Shown here: positions 53,678 through 64,000 of the stretch, in pieces
Layout of the letters: every line of letters starts with the position of its first letter
How positions within the stretch are numbered: the stretch's first letter is position 1
Source: Adineta vaga
Taxonomy: Eukaryota; Animalia; Rotifera
Length of the DNA stretch: 64,000 nt
Direction of reading: 5' to 3'
Assembly (NCBI GenBank): GCA_021613535.1
Contig: CP075497.1
Span: 5,146,001 to 5,210,000 of the forward strand
Translations under genes and position numbers: made by a program
Notes under the pieces: model-generated
The model's database searches: none
Told to the model about the DNA's origin: nothing
The model's input: the letters and a program-made list of their open reading frames with translations, nothing else

Positions 53678-53992
53678 TTATATTAATAAATGAATGAGAG
53701 AAAACATGCTTAGAATAATGCACAAAGTGGATAAAGTACGATGAGCATTGGAAGCACAAACTGCTCGTGTTTGACCAGATACGTTGTCTCTTGGACAAAG
53801 TGTCGGATGCCAATTGATACAATCATTTTTTGTACACGAAGTTGTTTCAGAACAGAACCACAAACTATGTGTACCAATTAATGTTGGATTACAATATTGT
53901 GTTGTACAACATTCACATTTACAATCAGCATTGCTCATTGTTTGTTCAACTTTGAAGAGAATTAGTACAAGAAGAATAGGTACAAGACGCAT
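53678..53992 (-). CDS. Small cysteine-rich secreted, probably GPI-anchored protein
   Basis: Signal peptide, 10 Cys in the mature region (CKCECC...C), C-terminal hydrophobic tail after ASNA. Confidence 0.75.
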   Translation of the reverse strand: MRLVPILLVLILFKVEQTMSNADCKCECCTTQYCNPTLIGTHSLWFCSETTSCTKNDCINWHPTLCPRDNVSGQTRAVCASNAHRTLSTLCIILSMFSLIHLLI

Positions 53993-54934
53993 CTTTTAAC
54001 TTTGTGCTCTTTTCTTCTAATTCGTTTTCAAGGTAACGTTTAATCGATGGTGAATGACAATGACAAACATGTTTTGGTACTGCAACGATGAGGAAGAAGA
54101 AGAAGAAGAAAAAAAATCAATGAAAGAAATGATTATGGAGGAGTGTTAAATTGTCATTACAAATGTGGGCTAGAGTATACTTAATTTTCCAAAGACAAAT
54201 AGAGGATAGATACATGTGTGCATTAAAGAAAGAAACAAAAAAAAAGAAGCGAATCGAATTGTAATTGTCAATCCTATTGATTGATTTCTAGTTTCAAGGA
54301 AAATTCATTTTTAAAGTTCGCAGAATTTTACAATTCTTTTCTTATCTGTGGATATTGAATTATGCAAATAAGACAATAACTTTTTTTAACAATACGTTTT
54401 TGACTGAATTGAAAGAACATTGAAAAATTATATATGTAAACTAATTCTGAGATTCTGTACAAGTGAATCATTTCATAAGAAAATCTCAAAGAAGAGTAAA
54501 GAATAGTGCAAATTTTTATTATTATTTTCCATTGTATTTGAGAGATACATGACGTCTATGAATAAGTTCATATTTAATATGTAGTAGAAAATATTCCAAA
54601 GTTAAAATGGTATTTATAATTTTGATTGAGTATCTTAGATTTGTTCAATTCATTATTATGAGCAATAAATTTATACTTTATATATACATTAAAATTGAAT
54701 TTCCGTTTGTTGAGTACATTTCTTTGACGTATTTTAATAAAAATTTAAATATTATTTTCGTGATCTTTTTTTTTCTTTTCGATCTCATAAGTTTTCTTTT
54801 TCTTTTCTTAATAACTATTCTTCAATTGTTAATTCTGATTTCGATCATTCGATTATTTATTTATTTCCAATTTAGAAGAAAGAAATTCTTCACAAAATAA
54901 AAGTTATTGATTGACTTTTTTTCTGAGTATAAAC

Positions 54935-56793
54935 GATGACAACCGTAAACACGAAACCAAATGTAATTAGAGTATCTGAAAACAAATTACCAGTAAGTAG
55001 AAATGAAATGTTATTCAAATCTATTAAATGTATTCTATGTACAATTTAAAGACGATCCAATCCATTAATACTCGTCGTTATCGATCAAAAACTATTTCAC
55101 TTCAAGAACCAAAACCATCAGTGTTTAAGGTTACACGTAAAAGTCAACCGGATATTAATGCATATCTGGCATCAAAAAGGGTATCTGTGAGGCCACTGAA
55201 TGTTAAATCGCCAATTGAAGTAGATGAAGTGTTTTCTTCAATAATCCTTTCATCTATTTTTTTTTCTTTCAAATAAGATCGAAGATATAAAACCTACGAC
55301 TCACTCTAATGATTTTTACCTTTCATTTCCTGGTCAAGGACGTGTTGAACCTTTGAATAACGCGGTGAGTTTTGATTTTGGTTCAGGTTTTTTTTTATTT
55401 TCGAAATAAATTTAGTATAATTATAATTCAAGAAATCATAAAAATGATCCTGGAACATTACAAAAGTATTCTTATTTCTAATTAATGATTGTATTCAATT
55501 AGAATGAACATATTTTAGATCTTACAATGGTTGTAAAATTACAAAAAAAACCTGTTTTTTTCTAATGATAATTGTAATTGCATTGTTTATTATTGTAACT
55601 TTAGCAACTGCACTTAGTCTTACTAGTTTGTATCAAACATTTTATTTATAAAGGTAGAATTTATTATTTATGTACTAATATTATTCTAGTTAAAGACAAG
55701 GAAGAAAAAAAATCAAATACAAGTAAATAAGAACCGTGATACTTTTCTATTCATATCAATGTATCTAAAATATCTTTATAGTTCCATCAGAGACGACAAT
55801 AACGTCCACCTCGACTTCATCGACAAGTATAATTTGCTTTTTCTTATAGTAAAATATTAAGTCTTACTTTATTTCAATTTAGCAACTACAACAACACGTA
55901 AGTAACAACATAATCAAAATTAACATTAATGAAAATGTTATTTTGAGATAGTGAAATATTTATCGTGTCTATAACATTTCAATACTTTACAATTGTATTT
56001 TATATCCTATTTATAGCAACAACAACAAGTACATCAACAACGACAACAAGTACATCGTCATCATCATCATCAACAACAACAAGTACATCATCATCATCAT
56101 CAACAACAACAACAAGTACATCAACAGCAATAACAACTACTGATATATTAACAACACAACCAGCTACACAATCTATTTCTACAACTACTTCAGCAGTTAC
56201 TACATCATCAGTAGTGACCAGTGAATCTGAAAGTACAACTACCATGCAACCAATTAGTATTACGGAATCCGACATTACATCTCAGATAAATACGGTCTTC
56301 GATCTTACGATCACTTCGACAATACCAGAAGCTACGCGTCATTAGATATTTCATTGTCATCCAACTCTGCAACTGATTTACAATCACTTGTCACTGAGAA
56401 TCTGTTGAGTACTATCAATATTTTACTGGTTCTATTCCTGATACATCAAAAGGAACATTAGAATACCTATCTTCAATAGCAGTCACAATGGTTTCTGACA
56501 TTACAATTGTTAGTGACCAAACCTATACTATTGGTTCTCTGTCTACTGTAGAAATTGACACAATTTCGTACAGTAATCAAGATACGTCAGAATTCATAAC
56601 TGCATCGAAAACAAGCGAGATCTTCAACTCAAGAATTTCATCCGAAACAGACAAAACTTCAGTTGATCCATTGCTGAGATCAGTAGCTACGAGTGCATTA
56701 AATTCCGTTTCTACCTATGAAAGCGTTCAAACATCAGATTATTCAATTGTCGAAGAAGAAGATGCTACGATTTCAACTGGCGTAACAATTTGA
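54935..56793 (+). CDS. Type II membrane protein with Ser/Thr-rich mucin-like stalk, many small exons; 3' end uncertain
   Basis: ATG 54935; spliced cytoplasmic exons; TM segment KKTCFFLMIIVIALFIIVTLATALSL at about 55545-55625; micro-exons; S/T-rich ORFs 55965-56345 and 56488-56793. Confidence 0.6.
56017..56125 (+). repeat. Coding tandem repeat (acaacaagtacatc units) producing poly-T/S tracts
   Basis: Four copies of acaacaagtacatc separated by (tca)n/(aca)n runs. Confidence 0.85.
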
Positions 56794-58025
56794 ACAAAAT
56801 GTACCTATTTTAATATTTCCGTTTATATTCATAAAAACATATATAGAGTCTTCTATATTCTATTTTAGAAACATGATTAATATTCCATTCTGAAATTTTT
56901 GTAAGTTATCCAAGCCATTGATTGAAAACTTCTATTTATATATATATATATGTATGTATAGGGTGACAGTCAATTGTATGACATTCTGTATTTTGAACTA
57001 TGAAAACTTAAAAGTATTAGAAAGGTACTGAACACAGAACTTTTTCTTTGTAAAATTTTTGTTTCGTTAATTTATCTATTTTATAAACCTGACGAACAAA
57101 GAGTTTATGATACTTCTTACCTATAGTGAAAACATTCGACGCCGACTGAAGGCTACATTAGATAAATTCTGATATTCACTATTATCAGTCAAGTATCCAA
57201 TCGAATGATTTGTCACACCTTACCTTTCTGATGTTTTCTCTTATATAAATCAAAATCGCAAAAAATTCGGTAGTTTTTCTTGAAACAAACAAAGAAAAAA
57301 GGAACAATAATGTCTTTTTCTAATCTGTCTATATTAAGAATGTAAGAGTACCGATACTAAAAATACTGATACCAATGATATTGGGTTGCATTATTAAATT
57401 TCTAGTATTATGCTGAAAGAATGACGTGGAGAATAATAAACTCTCAAAAAAGATATATCGAAGGATCGAGCGCATTGATACACTGATTTATCTCTAATAA
57501 AGTCATTTTGAAAGTCCATTATTCTCCACCTTTTCTCTGTACTATTTCTATATAAATTGTTTGTTGATATATGCTACTTTCTTCTCAACTCGCATCAAAT
57601 CTAACATGATTCGGTACATTATTCGATGAGAAATCGAATGATAACTTTTTGTTTAAAATAATACATAATTTTTGTAGAGAAGATCGTTACTCAATACTCC
57701 ACAAAACTACATATTTAAAATTTTTATTCTTAAAGATAAATGGTATTCGGAAAAACTTATGAAAATCTAAGAGAACCTTTGTATACTATGGTTGAGATCG
57801 CTTGAAAATACCGTTGAACATAATACTGTGGACCTATTCTATTTAAAACTTATGAAAATAAAAATCGTATAGTTCGAACACTTTGGAAGAAGTGAAATCA
57901 GAAAAAAAAATAACTTGAATATTGAGAATCGAATGAGTAGACTGTCTATTCAGTTTGAGTACTAAATGATATATATAGGTATTGAAATGTCTCTAGCATA
58001 AGAACTTGAGTGAATATTTTGAATT

Positions 58026-59336
58026 TTATCCAGAACTTTGCGAGCTAATTGCTGTATTGATAGCTGAAGCAATCTGAGTACGTGTCAAAGCACCACAATA
58101 TCTAGCGCCGACTTCTATAAAAGAAATAACAACATAAAAAATAAATCAACAGAATTGATAATTTATAATATACATACGACTTGAACTGTATGTTTCACTA
58201 TTCACGGATGAAATTCGATATGCATGACCATCACTTTGATCAGAAACAGAAAATCCTGCATATTGAAAAGTAGCACCTGATGTATTTGTCGATGGATTAG
58301 AAGACCAAACAAGTGTTGAAGACGAAAGCGTTGATAGCCATTGTAGATAAATAACATACCATTATTAGTGGTAATAGTTTGTGTACAACTACCACTCGTA
58401 GTTGTAACAAGACCACTTGAAACACTAATCACACAAGGAACATTCAATAACGCCACTGAGGAATTAAAACATGTGTTAATTCGATTTAAACGTTGTTGGC
58501 GACAAGCACTGTTTTTTTGAGAACTAGAATAGAATAGTCCATGGGATGGTGTAGAATCTAAACAACGAGTCTTGTAATACACGTTTGCTGTGCAACTAAG
58601 TTTATAATATGTTAGAGGTGATGATGCACTTCCAGTTGAATCAGACAAACTAGTCACGATACAGTTAGATAGGAGACATGATGTTAAAAGTTCATCATAG
58701 TGACAAGTTTGCAAAGTTCGATAACACTATGAGTATGACATATAAAAGAATACATTGATGATGATTATTCATGGAACTTACCGCTTCATCAAGGGCATAG
58801 CTATTGAAAACTTTTGCATTTGGGACAGCCGGAGAAATTATAGATTTTAATTGATAAGTGCATAAATCAGTGATAGAAACAGTTTCCGTTGCTGAACCTT
58901 GACATGTTCCGGAAATTGTACATGACCCTGTAGATATCGGCAATCCAACGGTATTCGACGTCAAACTATATGTTCTACTAGCCATTGTATCATTAAATGT
59001 TGCATTATATTCAGGAATTTGAAATCCCACTCTTAAACTATAGTTATTAATACAATAAACTGAAATTCAAATAATTATATCTATTTTAAACATCATGTAA
59101 TTTTCTATTTACATTCACCAAGTGCTTGATATGAATCTTCATTTAAATACAATGGAATAAGAGAAACAACCAAAAGAACAGCGATACTACTCAATGTTGC
59201 ACAAAGTGCACACATACTACTGTATGCTCCGACCACCGTTGCAATTGATTGAATTCTTAAAAAAGAACAATGATGACAAAAAATACTTCACTTTCAATCA
59301 TACTATCTACCGATTGAAGATCCATTGATAAATCAT
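58026..59336 (-). CDS. Lineage-specific type II membrane protein with Cys/Ser/Thr-rich ectodomain
   Basis: Spliced MIYQWIFNR-IQSIATVVGAYSSMCALCATLSSIAVLLVVSLIPLYLNED (TM), then ORFs 58695-59030 and 58202-58714, terminal exon ending SSG-stop; one possible frameshift near 58340. Confidence 0.55.
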
Positions 59337-60960
59337 AATGCCTTGATATTTTGCTCGAAAAACTCTGTAAAACAAAAACACTAGGAAAAAACAGACTCTA
59401 ATGATTACGTGATAATGACTTTTGTGGACGTATTTTTGCAATAAATATTTTATTTCATAACATTAATTTACCTCAATTATCTTCAAGTTAAAAAAAGATT
59501 TGTTTTTATGTAAATAGAATTGCCCAATCAACTTGTACTTATTATGAATAGAATCTGCTGATCTTCATTTTTGTTTTGCTATTTCTGTGGAAAGATCGAT
59601 AGTAGTTATTACAGACAAAGAGTTATTTGTCAGTGAACATTCAACGATGATGTCTGATGTATACTTAATAATGCATGCAACTATCTTTTACAATGCTATC
59701 ACCATTCTTTTATGAATAAAATACAAATCATCAATTTCATGTGTAATATGCATAATGAATCAAATGATATTTTTATTATATCTATTTATATACCCCATAT
59801 ATGTGACGACTAGGATGTTTTGATTGATAGAAATGTCTCGGAAATATACTTCATAAACAGCAAGTTTGCGTGTATTCATTTATAGGAATTCATAAAAGAA
59901 AAGTTCAGTGTACTGTTTACTCAGTAGAAGTAAGAAGAAAATTAAAAGAATAATATTCTATATTCTTATAGAATTAGTAATGATGACTGAGTAATATGAC
60001 AGATGTCTGAAACAGTTTGTCTTAAACCATGATAAATATTTTATACAAAATAAAAACATTAATCTAGTAAAATCTCTCATAGAGTTCAATTTTTTCATGA
60101 CTTTCTATTTTTTAGCTGGAAGGATTATTTCAGCTCCCGTTGCGATGCTATTTTATTAAAAAGAAGGTCGGTGCAGAGTTCATCTCAGTCACGTTTTTAT
60201 GGCACATGTATATGTTTTATTACATGCAATTTCTCTCGTTACAAAGTATTACAACACGAGTATACCTTAAGAATAGTTGCAGTTTTCCTGTAATTACCAA
60301 AAATTATCTCAGTGTAGGCATACAATTAGAGACATTAATGAAAATGTCTAATTGATTTGCTTTTGAAGTTCTAAAATATTCATTAAAAATCTATTTTCAA
60401 ACGTTCTTCAAACAAAAGCATCTACGTTATTAAGAAAAAATTATATATTAAACGAATATTAATACTTCAGTCGATAAAAATTCTTCACCTATATATTTCC
60501 TCTAGTATATAAGAGTATGAAGAATGTCTCATCAAGATTTTCATACTTTATGATACTATTATAAGCTTTTAGAAAGGACGTTTAGTTTATAAACACTTTT
60601 TTGTGTGAGAATACACGATAATTAACACTGAACGACAAGTTTTTTTCCATTTTCTCTTGATTAATAATAAATACATTTATGCACTTCATCGTTATTATAA
60701 ATAATTTAATCTTTTTCAACAATTCTTATAACTGAAGTCAAATACAGATTGATAAATCTCGACAAGTCTGTTTCTCTGTATTATCTTTGTTTTTTTCTAA
60801 AATTTTCATAATTCATGGGTATTTTAATTTGCGCATCAGAAGAATAATTCTTTCATCATGTCATCACGATCTATTAGGAAATGTTTTTATATATTTTCTC
60901 TTCATCTTGAACATCAATATACAAATATGAATAAGACTAAAATGTAAATGAAAACTTTCA

Positions 60961-63428
60961 TCACCGATATGCCGATTTTTCAAGAACTATTTCTCCAATA
61001 TTTTCTTTACATAATTTGTTTACGATAGTGATTGAATCGACAATCTATAGACAGAAGAATGAATAGAAATACATTTTCAATGAATAAATCTACTTGTAAG
61101 ATTTGATCAAATACAGCTTTTGCTTCATCTTCTGTTCGTGTTGTACATAATTGAATATAGAGTGCATACATATAACAATATTTAATAATATGCACACTTT
61201 CGGAATCTACTAATTGATCATCAGGTAAACCAAGAACAATTGGAATGATGAGACTATGTTCAACTTGTGTAATATTTAATCCGTGAAGTCTTTCAGCAAA
61301 TTCATGTAAGGCATCAGTTGTTATCTTTCCGATAATTTGATTCATAAAAAAACGTGTATAATGTAAACCATTAACTGTCATTATATACGATTCATTCTTA
61401 TAAAATAACGGATAATTATAGATCTAAAGTAAGATTGTGTAAATTAAGATGTTATTGTAGAAAAAGAAAATGAATGAAACTTACCATATAGAAATCGAAT
61501 ATCCGATTGTTTAAAATATAAGTGAAATCATGAGTATTCAGTTCATTGAAACCAGGCATCTAATAGAAGGAAAACTTTTGAGCTCTACGAATATTCAGTA
61601 AAAATTATTTCATCTCAAAAATTCTTTTCATTCTTTGAACTACATTGAAGATTAGAACGAATGACACTACACTATCTTCTAATTAATATTCTGTCTAATC
61701 TAACTAAGATTCTTTGAATTACGACTGTAATTTAGCCTATTCATGCTATATGATGCACTAATTTATAATTAAAGCATTATTTCTACACAAAAGTTTAATG
61801 TCAACGTCATAAACTATGAGATTTATCATAAAAATCTGGGAATAGAATGACTATATATACTACGAGAAGTATTTACAATCGTAAAACAACATAATTTCAA
61901 ATATTCTTACATCTCTAGCAAAATTCAGCATAAGAGTTACATCGATTGATATACTTTGCTGTATTCCTTCCCATATTTGATTGACTGTTGCGTTACTACC
62001 AGGATATTCGGTTATCTTGAAATGACAAAAAGAAATGAGATGATTTGATAGAATTTTTCAGTTTCTACATACGCCGAGATTAATGATGCCAAACATTCGT
62101 TCCATAAGTGTTCGTAATCGTTTCGTATGTTTCAAATATGAAGTGAGCATTTTCCAGCGTAAATAACGAAAAAATGAAGTGACTTCAAAATCAAGTTCAT
62201 AGATAAGAAATGGTTGAGCAAGTTTTTGTACGAGATATTTCATTGTTTGAAGAACATTTTTCGAATAACGTAATTCACAATTAAACATATAATCAATTAA
62301 AGTATTTTCACTTAATTTGGAAATATATGTTGCAACTGTCATTTTATTATGACAATTTGAATTTGCTGATAATTGATCATTTTGATTCTCATTTTTCGAT
62401 GAAGATGTTTGCTTAGGTTTCAAAACATCTGGAAATGTTTTTGGTGATGAATATGATTCATAGAAAACTGATGGTAATCGTAATGAAGAAAGATTATGGT
62501 TGAGATTCTCAATTTGAAGATTCGGTGCAGAAATTGTTAGTTCAATCAAATTAACAGTACGAAATGGTTCTTCACAGTCATTGAACAATTCTTAATGAGA
62601 AAGAAAATGAAAATGTCAAAGAAGATAATAGGATAAATAAAGCTTCTTGATTTACTTGAAGGTATATAAATAGTTTCTTGGTTCATATCCATTGATTGTT
62701 GTGTATTGATATTTGAAGTAATTGATGATATAGACGAACGGGATTCTTGAGTAATACTTGTTGTACTAGAATTATCAATTTCTGAATCATCGATATCTCC
62801 AACAGAAGACAAACGTTCATTCGAAATCTTTTCTAATGATACTTGTTTGTTTTGCATTAATTTCTCTTGATATTTCTGATAGCTTCTCAACGCTTTTTCT
62901 TTCACTTTTTTTGGTATTCGACCCATTTTTACACTTTCCATTGCCATACCTCGTTCGAAACATCGTTTTAATCGACATGCTTTACATCGATTACGTGTTT
63001 GAGTATTAATAACACATCTATTACCGAAAAAACATCGGTATATAATATTCTGAGTAATACTTCGTTTGAAGAAACCCTATAATAAACCAAACGAAGTTAT
63101 TCAGTCATATAGACAATGAGTTTTTAAGTAAAAACAAGTAGAACATACTTTACATCCTTCACATGTGATCACACCGTAATGAACTCCTGTCGCTTTATCG
63201 TGACATATTCGACTATAAACAGATCAAGTCAATGAATATTTAAATGGAATTATAAACATACCATTTGCCAAATGGAAATGATAACGTTCCTTTTGGTGTT
63301 TTTTTATTCATAATTATTTCCATTTGATCGTTTTGTTCTTGTTTGAGTTCTTGTTTCACCTGCGTCTGTGAAGCAAACATTGATGAACTAGTATGGAATG
63401 TTTCCATAAAAACCATTTTATTGTTCAT
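60961..63428 (-). CDS. Nuclear hormone receptor, NR1 subfamily (E75/E78/Rev-erb/ROR-like DBD, divergent LBD)
   Basis: Spliced C4 fingers [29 protein letters not shown]...[30 protein letters not shown]; T-box VKMGRIPK; LBD PGFNELN; an upstream exon is possible. Confidence 0.92.
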
Positions 63429-64000
63429 TCGATCAATAATTTCTATGCCTAAAACAAGAAAAAGAAAATAGAAATAAATAAAGAAATTTTCTTCCATACT
63501 ATTAAAAAAATCCCTTTGAATAAAACGCGTTGTTACTCTCTGTGTGTCGTCTTATGCAACTAACGATCATAGACGACTTCAAATAGCTACGACTAGAACG
63601 CAAAAAAAATGTGACGAGGAAAGGAAAGAAAGTTAAAAAAACACAATCTAGAACACAGAATCAACCGATGCTTTTTTTCCTCCTTACATTTTTATGCCAT
63701 ATTTTCTTTTGAAGATGCTGCACTGGAAATCCGTTGACGTCACACCTGTGTTACATCTCGCATGGAAAGTAAAAGAATCTTATGATTATCAGTAAACAAA
63801 TCGAGATTCTATCATACGCTCGAAAACCTAGTCATCTTAGGACTGACAAGAAGAGAATATCATTTCATTTCTGTCATATTGTTACTTTAACGAAAATTAT
63901 AACATTTCAGTTACGAATTATATCGAATAAATAACATTTTATTCGCAACAAAAGTCAGCATAATAAATGAATCTAACAGTGAAGTTTTCTCATCGATGAT

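Noticed and set aside
56955-57000. TA-flanked AGGGTGACAGTC resembling a Tc1/mariner terminal inverted repeat
   Set aside because: No matching inverted copy or transposase found in the window

Overview
AT-rich eukaryotic genomic DNA with many short (about 45-70 nt) GT-AG introns. Gene content, codon usage and intron-bearing non-metazoan enzymes point to a bdelloid rotifer (Adineta/Rotaria-like; this is an inference). About 25 protein genes can be supported: CCT7 (3' part), MNT, dihydroxy-acid dehydratase, NDUFV2, a membrane-anchored copine, AMPK-beta, a probable TFIIIC subunit GTF3C4, ARF1, a RING+IRG-like GTPase, D-lactate dehydrogenase, RPS2, TATDN1 (with an antisense gene nested in intron 1), cyclin Y, a Ly6/three-finger protein, a divergent intronless eRF1 paralog, a Spalt-like zinc-finger gene, a RING-TPR protein, an NR1 nuclear receptor and several lineage-specific secreted or membrane proteins. 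There is also a tRNA-Gly(GCC) and a U2 snRNA. Most notable are: (1) the eRF1 paralog, whose stop-recognition motif is rewritten (TASNIKS->LSSCIKS) while GGQ is intact; (2) operon-like gene pairs 20-71 nt apart with splice acceptors before the downstream ATG; (3) the RING-fused IRG-like GTPase; (4) a U2 snRNA followed by an extra UUCG hairpin; (5) two probable horizontally acquired metabolic genes. Exon structures were read by eye and coordinates span start to stop including introns.
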